A stretch of DNA of 32,000 bases from Wallemia ichthyophaga EXF-994 (taxonomy: Eukaryota; Fungi; Basidiomycota): assembly GCF_000400465.1 (NCBI RefSeq), contig NW_008806290.1, positions 180,001-212,000 on the forward strand, in the 5' to 3' direction. Positions 11,732-21,851 of this stretch are shown in pieces. Within the stretch, counting starts at the first letter, position 1. Every line of letters begins with the position of its first letter. The notes beneath the pieces were generated by a model. It saw only the letters and a list, made by a program, of their open reading frames with translations, was not told the DNA's origin and ran no database searches. Both the position numbers and the translations under genes were made by a program.

Positions 11732-11922
11732 ACAGAAAAAATTAGAGAAAACCTTTACAATAATTACCGACGTACATACCCATCCCAGACAAGTCATACT
11801 GATTCAAGATGCTGCGAATGCTTGAATACATGAAGAATTAATATGATATTTATTTTAACTTTCTTATACTTGTATGCGTGCTAATTTAGTAGTTTAATAT
11901 GTCATTACTTTGCTTTTTAATA
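11714..11922 (+). repeat. Inverted repeat, copy A (partner at 15621-15812)
   Basis: Colinear with the reverse complement of 15621-15812. Perfect blocks of 23 nt (11776-11798) and 22 nt (11816-11837), with diverged flanks. Includes the last 5 codons and stop of the GT90 gene. Confidence 0.92.
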
Positions 11923-12259
11923 CACGATGCTTTCCAGTCTGCTCTTAGCTAAAGCTGCTCGAGTTCATCCTCACTTGCTTATTCCTTGACGCGTAGAATG
12001 TGCCTTGATAGGTGTTATCACATCAAATCTGAATGATTTCCACGTCGAGACACATGCCTTTATAAAACTTTCTAAAGTATAACTAATTGATGGAATATAC
12101 AAATTGGAGAACATTATAAAAATATATTTTCCTAAATATATTACTCGAAAACTTAGGTTTGAGGTGTTGTTGTGTTTGTCTAGTTATAAAATTTGAGAAT
12201 TGTAAAAGAAAGAATTATACAGTTAGTATTAAAAAGTTGTTGTCGTGACTGATGCATCC

Positions 12260-14237
12260 TTAGCCACCCTTTGGAATAGCCTGACGGTCAGCTTCCTCGT
12301 TGACCAAGTATGCTGGCAAGTTGGCTGCTTCACCCTCTTGCTCAACGTCCTTGGCGTCACTAGTAAGACCGAGACGTGCAGCCTCTGCCTTGACCTCTTC
12401 TGAGGAGAGCTTTGGCATCGAGTTGGCGACCGAGACGTATGATCTGCCTTCAGTGTAACCAAGTGCAAAGATAACATCAATCTCCTCGAGAGATCTACCA
12501 GCAGTCTCTGGGTAGAAGAAGAGGACGATCGGGATGAAACACACGTTGATGATACCTGATACAGTTAGTTAGGGTGCTAAGGAAGTTTTTTTACCCACCG
12601 AAGAAAAGGAAAGTACCCCAGTTGATGGCTGCTAACATAGGAGGTGTCCACTGTACAACTGCAAAGTTCCACGACCAGCTGGAAAAATTTCAATGAGCCG
12701 TTATACCTTGCTATAAGCATTGTACTTACTTGCTCATGGTGGAGATAGCGTTTGCGTTGGTACGGATACGAAGTGGGTTGATCTCGGCTGGGTAGAGCCA
12801 AGGGAGTTCGAGCCAGGTGGCACCAAAGAAGGCCAAGAAGAGGAATTGTCCGAGGACAGATCCGTTCAAGACGTTCTGTGCGTGGTCGGTTGGACCTTCT
12901 AGACCGAATGGGATGGTGCAGCCCATGAGAATAAACATAGACATGGCCTGTCCGACAGAACCGACCAAGAACATCTTGCGGCGACCGACCTTCTCGATAA
13001 TGAAGTACGAGATACATGCGCAGAGGGCATATACGGAAATGTTGACACCAGCAAGGATAAGCGCGAGCTTACGTTCCAAACCGAGGTACTCCTCGAAAAT
13101 GAGTGGGGAGAAGTAGATGACTGCGTTACAACCGCCTATCTGCTGGAAAACTTGAGATGAGGCACCGAGGAGAGTTCTGCGCAAGTGTTGGGTCTTGCCA
13201 CCGGTGAGAACATCACGTCTTCTGGCGGCACCTTGTGTCTCGGTCATCAATCTAATACCGTCAGCCATGATATTAGTGTGGTGGTGTGCTTCGGCGGAAT
13301 CTACTGGAACTGAGTTGAGGGCGGCAACGACGCGTCTACCCTCGTCTTCACGGCCTTTGGAAAGTAACCAACGTGGGGACTCTGGGAGGAATAGAGCACC
13401 ACCGACGAGACCGAAAGCAAATGCTATTTGGAAGGCGATCGGGAATCTCCAGGTGACGTCGGCAGGATCGTAATTGTACGACAAACCAACATCGATCCAG
13501 TATGAAATAACAGTTCCGATAGCAATCATTGACGCTTCAATACAGACCAAGACACCACGGTTGTGTGACTTGGATGTTTCTGCTTGCCATGATGGGATAG
13601 TGGAAGTATTGAGACCATTACCAACTCCGGTAATAACACGTCCAACACAGAATTGCTCTGGCGCGTGATGGCCTCTAAATGCGGTAACTTGAATGATAGT
13701 ACCAATAACCATAACGCCTGCACCAGTAAACATCATACGACGTCTACCCATCCAGTCACCGAAGAGAAGAGCACCGAGAGCACCGAGAAGACAACCGACT
13801 TCGTAAATTGAAGTGTAAGTGGCTTGAATGAGCGCAGCGCGAGAGTGCGCAGGAGTATTTGTAGGAACAACCGAGTCAGTTGTATCTGAATATCCGAATT
13901 TATCATGTTGATATGATGGATTCACTGCAGGGAAAGTATCTCCGAACTGCTCTGAGGTGATCAATCCGGCCATGACACCTTGATCTGTGCGGGTTCACGT
14001 GTTAGCGGAGTATTTACGCGTCAAAACGCCACAACGCACCATAACCGAAAAGCAGGAAACCGGTAGTTGCAGTGGCAGAGATAAGCCACACAAGTTTATT
14101 CCCGTGGGCGCCCATGACTGAATAATTGGCATGAATACAAATTTGCAAAGCAGCAGGACAAACGACTCACACGTTGGGATGGATCCATCATCGTACTGAG
14201 GCTGCTCTACCTCCTCCTTGTTTTCTTTGCGAGCCAT
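12260..14237 (-). CDS. STL1: MFS sugar porter, STL1-like glycerol/H+ symporter
   Basis: Introns 14170-14118, 14039-13985, 12729-12679 and 12598-12556. Motifs TGFLLFGYDQGVMAGLI, IYEVGC, GRRR, GRVITGVGNGLNTSTIPSWQAE, WRFPIAFQ, PESPRWL, QQIGGCN, YPAEINPLRIR and PETAGRSLEEID. Closeness to Stl1 is from recalled similarity; the substrate is not proven. Confidence 0.8.
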
Positions 14238-15284
14238 TGTGGTTGTTTGCGGAGAAGCGAGTAGCTGGAAAGAATTGGATGAAATAATTTAAAATGTCCA
14301 ATTGCGGGGCTAGTTACATACTAATGTGGTTATTTCCCAAAAAGGAATTCGATTTAATTGGTGCGGCCGGATTTGTAACTCCGCGGAAACGCTATGATAC
14401 TCAGTTTTCTCTGCGTGACTTTGTTGCTACTCTGCGTCCTGCCAATCCTTTGTGTTCCTTAGATATGACGTCTGCGTTTTTAATTGATGTCTCTCTGCAG
14501 TACGAATAAGCGAGGATATCTGCACACATGACTTGTGGAGCGTGTCTGATTACACATATATTCTTTGATCTGCATGTATTCTATTTTTACAGCCTATATT
14601 CCGCCTCACGTGCACAAGATGCTCGGAAACGGGGCCTGAGCTGCTCGACAGGGACACAAAAAATCTGCAAAACTGCGAATCAATCGGGTATAAGATTTTT
14701 ATTTCAAATTTCAGCAGCCACAATATGCGGTTGTTATTTATAGCCGCAATACTAGTCTCACTATTCCCTCTTATCCCAGGAATGGTCCTTCGAAGATGAG
14801 CCTAAGCGAGCGCGAAGGCGGTGGACGCGAAGGGAAAAACGCGGGTGGTGGCGGGAATTGTCGGAGTTGAATAATGTGTTTCTAAGGAGTATATGTGTTC
14901 ATTCTCAGCTGTTGCTTTACACCGCAGATCATTTGCGCTCACGTGTAATGCTTACTAAGCGTCTGAACCTGCCGGAGACAACTCCAAAACACCGCGTAAT
15001 ACTGTATTAAATGCTACGACCACTCCAAAAGAGTGACATACACTTTAGCAGACGTCAGCAGGTGTCAGTGCGGGTGCAGATCACCGGATTATTCGGAGCG
15101 ACAGGGAGTGCTAGCGAGTGCTTGCTACGAAGCACAGCACTCCATTCACGCAAAATAAAACCTACGATGCACCCTTGAAACTCCGGCACACGTCAAATCA
15201 CATCCAATGAACAGCCACTTGACAGATCTGCAGAGGTATAAAATGTGTCATTACGTTATTACGAAATACAAACAAATATCATTT

Positions 15285-15608
15285 TTATGACGCTGCTGCC
15301 TGCGTAGCCTGCTGCCTCATCTCCAGCATCCGTCTCTTAATAAAGTAATCAATCTGATGCAGCTGTGAGCGCGGTACTTTTACGCTTTACACTCTACACA
15401 CCCAGCTAGCCGCACACGCTCCCTCATACGCCTTAAACTCCCTCGGACACATCCTCTTTATCTCCTCGTTGTCGCTCGTCGGCGTCGACCCAAGGCAGTC
15501 GAATAGCTTGTCTCGCGCACTCCAGCACGCCTGGCGCTCCTCTCTCGTAAGAGTTTTGGCTTTCGAAGACGGCACGTCCTTATCCTCTGACTTGAATGGC
15601 CACCACAT
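15285..15608 (-). CDS. COA6: Cytochrome c oxidase assembly factor Coa6 (COX6B-like CX9C-CX10C protein)
   Basis: REERQACWSARDKLFDCL..C...FKAYEGACAASW, then intron 15401-15354, then IDYFIKRR..stop at 15287-15285. Confidence 0.85.
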
Positions 15609-15620
15609 CTTGATCGATTA

Positions 15621-15812
15621 TATTCAAAAGCACAGAGCAATTATTTATCTTACTATTAATTTAGCGCGCGTAAAAGTATAACAAAGTTAAAAATAATATT
15701 TTTCTTCATGTATTCAAGCATTCACAATATGACTTGTCTGGGATGGGTATAGACGTCGATAATTATTTCAAGGCTTATCTCCAAGGACTTCTATCTAATG
15801 TGTTTGCAAATC
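15621..15812 (-). repeat. Inverted repeat, copy B (partner at 11714-11922)
   Basis: Perfect blocks at 15728-15750 and 15702-15723 match copy A in reverse complement. The repeat ends about 12 nt upstream of the COA6 ATG. Confidence 0.92.
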
Positions 15813-17150
15813 TTTGAGTTACTGGCTTATTCCTGGACAATCCCCATTCTCGTACTCGCTCTGAATGGGTGCAAACAGCATCGTGCGAGATTCTTGAGGT
15901 AAACAAATGTGCCAACGCACAAGAGTATAGCAGAATAAGCAGAGCATACCTTATGCAATAATGTCTGCCAGATTTTAATTTGTCCGGTTTCCATTTACAA
16001 GGATAATTCTTAGCTAGTACAATCTAATTAAGACACTTTGCTTCTTTTCTAATACTGGCGCAATTACAACTTGGCAATCACATCAAGTCACCTTTGCTCC
16101 CACCTAGCCCAGAATCAACAACATTGCACCCAGCTCAAGCAGTCTTCTGAACATGTCGATCAGTGCGACTTGTCAGCAATCATATTTCACTATTGGTATG
16201 TTTCGTACAATGCTACATCAACCATCATATCCATCACAGCATTAATATCAAGCTTGGTCGTCTCCTCATCCTCTTTTAGAGTAGCCCTTGAGCGAGGCCG
16301 TTTGATCCCTTGGAGTCCCGATTTTATACATTGTCGACGAAAGACTCCCCAGCAACACTTCAATTTTGGTAAAGACATCTGCATAATGTCTCTCTTTCCC
16401 CTGCAACGTCTTTAGTGTGTTTAACAGATGTGGCGTTGGTAATATAAGTTGTCGTATGTCGGTGTTTGGAATATTGACTGAACCATTCTCCTTCATCTTC
16501 TCAATCTCGAGGTTAGACTCTCTAAGATGGCGAGAAATAGCGTCGAGACGGCGCGGTAGGGTCAGTAACAACATCGGAAGCTTTAGGCATTCACTTGTCG
16601 TTACTGCTGAAGAAGGTATTGTGCCGCATGTCTGAATTGGACGTGTGAGCGTCGTAGGCTGATTACGCTCTACTCACTTCTGTAGACAATCAGTCGTGTT
16701 AGTCCTGACGCTATTCTCGGGTGCGCGCAGAATTCCATTAAGTGACATTAGTTGCATGTCTTCGGAGGCTCCTTCAGGCCGTTCAAGGCTACTAACACAA
16801 GAACAAGACGAGTATGTCGATCTGACGAGCTCCCAGCCGAGCCACTATGTGATGTGCTACCAAACGAATATGCTTGTACAACAGCCTGCCAAGTGTTAGT
16901 GCAAATACCGCTGCGTTTATCCTCATTGTTGGTCTTAATGGTTCTAAATCATACCCATTTACGACGTCAATACAAAGATTAGATTTATGTTCTACTTTCA
17001 AATCAACTAGCCAGCGCTATCTCATCCAGACACTATACTTCCTCTTCCTGTAACCTTTCAATGACTTGTTTACGGCGATGTCTCTATGTTATCTGATTTG
17101 TATATTGCACAAATTATCCAAAAATTTATGAGATTTGCTAGAGACATGTA
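15813..17150 (-). pseudogene. Decayed coding-like region (pseudogene or transposon relic), product unidentified
   Basis: About 1.3 kb with only short, frame-shifting ORF pieces (16266-16574, 16190-16384, 16792-17001) in an otherwise tightly packed genome. There is a canonical-looking 46-nt intron at 16677-16632 (GTGAGT..CTCAC..TTCAG), but no continuous frame could be built. Confidence 0.35.
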
Positions 17151-17233
17151 TATAAGATATTGAAATAAAAGAAATAGGTATGCAGGGAATTCAGGGAAGA
17201 GGATCATTCTCATGACATATATAAAACCACACT

Positions 17234-18199
17234 CTAAGCTTGGAGTTGAATGTGTTCAAGCACACGCTCACGCACGCGTCCATCGGATGGAGACGTCTTG
17301 AGCAGCCACTCGGCATCGGTGACGAGCCAGCTCCACCACCACACGGCCAGAGGGGCAGTAGCAGCGTGCCAGAGGGCGTGAGCGTCGAGAGATCTGCCAA
17401 TGGGGACGAACTCGAGCAGCTCGAGGCTAAGCGCGACCATAGTGAGAGCGACGAGGGCGACGGGGGTGTAAGGCGCGGGGTGAGATAGACATTGTGATTT
17501 AACGTGTTTCCTCCTCCGCATGTACTCCCTCAGACACCACCCGAGCCAGAGCAAATTATGCAGCATGCCGGCCGCGATGACGACAGTGAGATGCCACCCA
17601 TAGTCGATGCGTTTGCTGGAGAGTGTGGAGAGGGAGTGCAATGCATACACGAGCCCCAAACAGACGGTAGACGCGAAGAATGACACGTGGCACACTCTCA
17701 CCAACGCCACGTTCAGTCCTGCGAACACAGCCGCCCCTGCAGCGAGGTAGTCAAGCCGCTCCGTGAAGGCCACGTCGCGCGTATGGAAGACACTGCTAGC
17801 TACCCACGCCCCCATTTGCACGTACGCGAGAAGTGCATAAACGCGGCGGGACGGCTGCGCAACGCGCCGACGCACCAATGCCAGTCCCCGCCGATGGGCG
17901 AGTAGGTTGAGCAGCGAGAACAGCGTCGAGAGTGGCTCCTGTATCCCGAACACAGCGTAGAAGGGCCACTTCCCATAGTATTGCGCTACGAGGTGGCGCG
18001 GTTGCACGTCTACTTGTTCGTGCATGCATTTGTAGCGGCATAGGTCCGTTGTTGTCCATAGTAACGTGCGCGTGGGCGGTGCTGTTAAACACTTGCGCAC
18101 GCATAAGCGGAACGCTGGCTGCCGGTCACCGTATGAGGCGAGAACGCTCGTTGCAAGTAGTATCACCAACACCACCAGCTGTGCACTTGGTCTGCCCAT
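17234..18199 (-). CDS. PER1: Per1/PGAP3 GPI-anchor lipid remodelling protein
   Basis: Signal peptide, then ASYGDR..F..CV.KC, W....CRYKCMH, QYYGKWPF..VFGIQEPLSTLFSLLN, SSVFHTRD..TERLDY and LDAHALWH (CREST-superfamily His motifs). Single exon. Confidence 0.93.
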   Translation of the reverse strand: MGRPSAQLVVLVILLATSVLASYGDRQPAFRLCVRKCLTAPPTRTLLWTTTDLCRYKCMHEQVDVQPRHLVAQYYGKWPFYAVFGIQEPLSTLFSLLNLLAHRRGLALVRRRVAQPSRRVYALLAYVQMGAWVASSVFHTRDVAFTERLDYLAAGAAVFAGLNVALVRVCHVSFFASTVCLGLVYALHSLSTLSSKRIDYGWHLTVVIAAGMLHNLLWLGWCLREYMRRRKHVKSQCLSHPAPYTPVALVALTMVALSLELLEFVPIGRSLDAHALWHAATAPLAVWWWSWLVTDAEWLLKTSPSDGRVRERVLEHIQLQA

Positions 18200-18401
18200 G
18201 GCTCCGTTGAAAGATTAAATTGAGCGGAATGTGCTGACACGAGCTGAAATGAGATAAAATCATATAGAATGACATGATGTGATCCGAAAACATCAAATAA
18301 TCAAATACAAATCGAGATTCTAAGCCCGTTAGCTGAGCTATAGGGGAAAGAGAGGTAATGAGAAGCTCGAGTGCAACAAGTCAACCGCAACCAATACCAC
18401 A

Positions 18402-20139
18402 TCAGACGATATGCGGAGCAACATCTGCAAAAATCGAGTTAATGTGATTGACCAAGAAACAGCGACAACCCACCGAATCGCTTGGCCGCATGTCTGCTCT
18501 TCTTGTGTTCTCTCTTTTTAGTGGTAATGGGAGCGAAAGTGGTCTTAGTATCCGAAAGGACGTCCTCAGTGGGAGATTTGAAGATTTTACCGCGACAGAA
18601 AGCAGTGATAGTGGCAGCCATCAGCGCGCACCACACGAGAAGAATAGCGACGGTGAAGATAGCGTGCACGACGTGCAAGAAGCGACACTCAAAAATATCC
18701 CCGAGCACCTTAAACGTAGATATCATGCCGACGAGCGGGAAAGTGAGGGCCCACATGCCGAGCACCTCCGTGGAATGGTAGTGCACTTTGAAAGGCCACG
18801 GAATAGCTGCCATCAGAAAGAAGAACCACGCACAACCCAGCAGCATTGTGGCAGCGAGGATGCCGACGTTGTAGAATATTTCCCCGGCAAGCGGGGTGAA
18901 TGTGGTTACTTGGGGGAATATCTCTCGCGCTTCCTCTCCCAGTTTGAGCAGGGCAAGGGCCGTAAAACCCGGCGGACCCGCTGCTACAAACGCCCCGTTC
19001 GCTTGATGTCCCTCCATGAAACCTGTCGTGATTATCCGCAGGCAGAAAATTGCGAGGTACATGAAGGTGATAAGTGTACCTAGACCTTGGAAGACGTACG
19101 AAACAAGCAATATTATCAGCGCATCGTTGCTTCCTTTGTCAATATCGCTGAGACACTGTGAGAGTGTGAGTGAGTGAAGATTTTAAGCATCCCCCTCACA
19201 TTGAAACCGACGACGCCCGTCAACATCAAAGGAAAGACGAGGAACATATAAGCGGGAGTGAAGCTGGTAATTGTTCCGGAGTGCTCGCAGTTGAACCAGA
19301 CGAGGAGCATGGGGATGCAGACTAAATTCGCCATGGCAAGGTAGATCCAGAAGAGGACGACGAGGGCTTCGGGAGTGACGACACCGAAGTCTTTAACGCC
19401 GTACTGTGAGATTCTGTGAAGTGGCTTTTGAGATTGTGTCTATGATTAATTGCCAACTCACCCAATCACTATTGTGGCAAAGGATAGCACGATTAGCGGG
19501 ACAAAAACACCTTTTACAGGGTCCCTAACGAGTCTCAAAGACTGTGAGGGGAATACTGTAGATATTTAGTCTGGTAGATGGCTAAATGAAGCGGCAGACT
19601 CACGTATAGCTTGTGAGACAAGGAGAGTGACATTAAGGAGAAAAAGCGCGCAAACAAAGAAGAAGAAGAAGAGCTCTTTGGGGTGTTAATATGAGGACTT
19701 ATTTATACCTTAAACTTAAAATACCTGGATACACGACCCACTCCGGTGGATTGTAAAGGTTAGACATGAGAACAAATACAGCGCCTGTGCCTGTGGAGAA
19801 AGAGTGTCAGGTGGATTTACTGAGAATATAATAACACCAACCCATTGCTATTGGCCACGCCTGCCATGACCAACCGTGTATCCTTCTAAAGAAACGACGT
19901 GGTTTGCGGGATGGAAGGGTTTTAGGTTCTTCAGAGAGCGTTTGATCGTCGAGGTCAGGGGAATGATTGAGACTAAAAGGGGTGGAAATTGAGGGAGAGG
20001 GTGATTGCTCATGGCCAATATTCTGCTCAATATTCTGCTCCTGCTTATGGCCATGAATGTCTTTGATTGTGGACATAGAATGACTATTAAAGGAGCTGGA
20101 ACTGATTGGGCTACTACTAATACTCTCAATTGACTTCAT
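18402..20139 (-). CDS. TDT/SLAC1-family anion channel (Mae1/Ssu1-like dicarboxylate or sulfite transporter)
   Basis: Motifs RRIHGWSWQAWPIAMG-TGA, GVFVPLIVLSFATIVIG, AFVAAGPPGFTALALLKLG and WALTFP. About 6 short introns, including 19841-19791 and 18473-18425; the last exon ends DVAPHIV-stop at 18404-18402. The start could be 20139 or 20076. Confidence 0.82.
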
Positions 20140-20508
20140 AGACGTTAAAGATCTGATACCGCTTATGTATTGAATATAAGACAAGAATGGATTTAATAAA
20201 CATTCCAGCGGCTGCGGATAACAACCGAAAGAAGTGACAAGATAAGAAATATTAAGGACATCAAGAATCTTGGCAGAATTCAAATCTCGGCATGGAGTGA
20301 GACTTCAATTCGGAGGCTGTTACAGGGCGTGTATTGTGTTCACTGGGTCCAGTGTATCGTATTTGAGAGGAATTGTAAAAAATAAAAAAATCGAGAAAGC
20401 ATCCAACACGTCCAAGGAGCCACGAATAGAAATAGTTTTAATTTATTTTTTTGATAAATTATCGAGTTCCCATCTCACCACCACCAAACCAACGTGGGTT
20501 GTGCAGAG

Positions 20509-21851
20509 ATGTCACGTAATAAACAAGTTCTAGAGGCATTTGAATCTTTCAGGCAGAAGCACAGTAAGCAGAATAGGGAGATAATAGTGTGGGTTTTGAG
20601 CGTGATGTGTGGTGATTATAGCTTAAACAGTGGAATAGGAACAATACCCTGCTAAATATTAGAAATCAGCAGCTACAACAGGATTTGGCTAGGCTTTGGG
20701 ATGAAAATACCCAGCTGAGGCTACAGCTATCGCAGTCGAATCACCAGCTAAATACACGGCATAATAAGGTTATCGATAAAGTTGTCGATCAGCTCAATTC
20801 TTTGAAGGGCGACTACAAACAACCATCTTCAGCACCTAAAACTTCTTCTTATCCAATTCAAAGACGCGTTTTAGCTGCTCCTCCAGAGCTGGATAGCATT
20901 CAAGAGAACTTAGGTTCTTCTTCTTCATCCTCTTCTTCTGACAATGAAATAACCTCTCAAGACGCTAAAGAGGCTGCACACTCAAGACTCATCTCAAGAA
21001 GACGTCTCTCTCGCAACTCCCTCTCTCAACCCAGACAATCACCTAGAATCCCCAATTCACGCAAAAAAGACGATTCTGACTTCGAACTGGACGATAATAA
21101 GCCTGAACCAGCCACAAAAGCAAGGAGGAACAAACGGCGACACTCAGAAGATGGTACTAGTCCAAGCCCACAACCATACGGTGGGAAAAAGAGACCGAAA
21201 CCACGCAAATCAAACACAAACAAATCCCCTGATAAGCCTGAAGCAAGTACTTCAGAAGCGGTGAAAGAACCAAAAGAGGTAGAACCCCCTGTGGCACTCC
21301 CTGTAGACCCCCCTGTAGAGCTTCTTGCACAACCCCCTGCACAACCTGCACGGCCAAAACGCGGAAGACCAAAAAAAAACACAATCACCACAAATGTCCA
21401 ACCAGCCACCGAGACTTTGAGAATTAGAATACAGAGGACGCCTGAGGAGGGTTTGGAGGACCCACAAGAAGCGCAAAAGGTACAAAAAGCACAAGAGACG
21501 CAAAAGGCACAAAAAGCACAAGAGGCGCAAAAGGCACAAAAAGCACAAGAGGCGCAAAAAGCACAAGAGACACAAGACATACAAGACACACACTCAGATA
21601 CAGACATGTCCGAGCCTGAGAATATCAATGTCAATACTTACGACGACAAATATACGTACCCAGCACACCGCCATCTAACGTCAACATCGAGATCACCCAG
21701 CGTAGACACAGACACAGAGGGCAGACCATCGCGTCGAGTACGCAAGTCTGTCAACTACGCTCTCCCGAATTTGCGCGATAAGATGCGTAAACCCGAATCA
21801 GAGGGAAGTGTGAGTGAGCTGGGGCGGTTGCTAGAAGAAGAAGAATTGTAA
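20509..21851 (+). CDS. SGO1: Shugoshin (centromeric cohesion protector)
   Basis: Exon 1 (20509-20586) and intron 20587-20630 give the N-terminal coiled coil FESFRQKHSKQNREII-WN..LARLWDENTQLRL. The C-terminal basic SGO motif is RPSRRVRKSVNYALPNLRDKMRKP. The 3' end is uncertain: a possible GTGAGT intron starts near 21810. Confidence 0.88.
21465..21590 (+). repeat. Coding minisatellite, 14 x 9 bp (Q-x-x tripeptides) inside shugoshin
   Basis: CAAGAAGCG CAAAAGGTA CAAAAAGCA CAAGAGACG CAAAAGGCA... translating QEA QKV QKA QET QKA QKA QEA QKA QKA QEA QKA QET QDI QDT, with a 27-bp higher-order unit. Confidence 0.95.

Noticed and set aside
3-14237. Idea that SIP5, PFK and STL1 form a carbon/osmolyte gene cluster
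   Set aside because: They are interspersed with unrelated housekeeping genes, and co-occurrence is expected at about one gene per 2.3 kb.
15729-15900. Possible plus-strand gene starting ATGACTTGTCTGGGATGG|GTAT in repeat copy B
   Set aside because: The donor is weak in copy B, there is no convincing branch point and acceptor, and no recognisable product or continuation was found.
18448-19083. 211-aa plus-strand ORF opposite the TDT transporter
   Set aside because: No recognisable motif. Long antisense ORFs are expected opposite GC-rich, hydrophobic coding sequence.
19807-20283. ORF-track start at 20283 giving an N-terminal extension (MNSAKILDVL..) of the TDT protein
   Set aside because: It starts at a non-ATG codon and reads like promoter DNA; the first in-frame ATG is at 20139.
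21465-21590. CRISPR-like appearance of the repeat array
   Set aside because: The context is eukaryotic, the 9-bp units have no unique spacers, and the array is in frame within a protein.
21026-21634. Minus-strand ORFs rich in CAFC/CLL repeats that look like metallothionein or membrane proteins
   Set aside because: They are antisense shadows of the 9-bp coding repeat in shugoshin, which has clear conserved motifs on the + strand.
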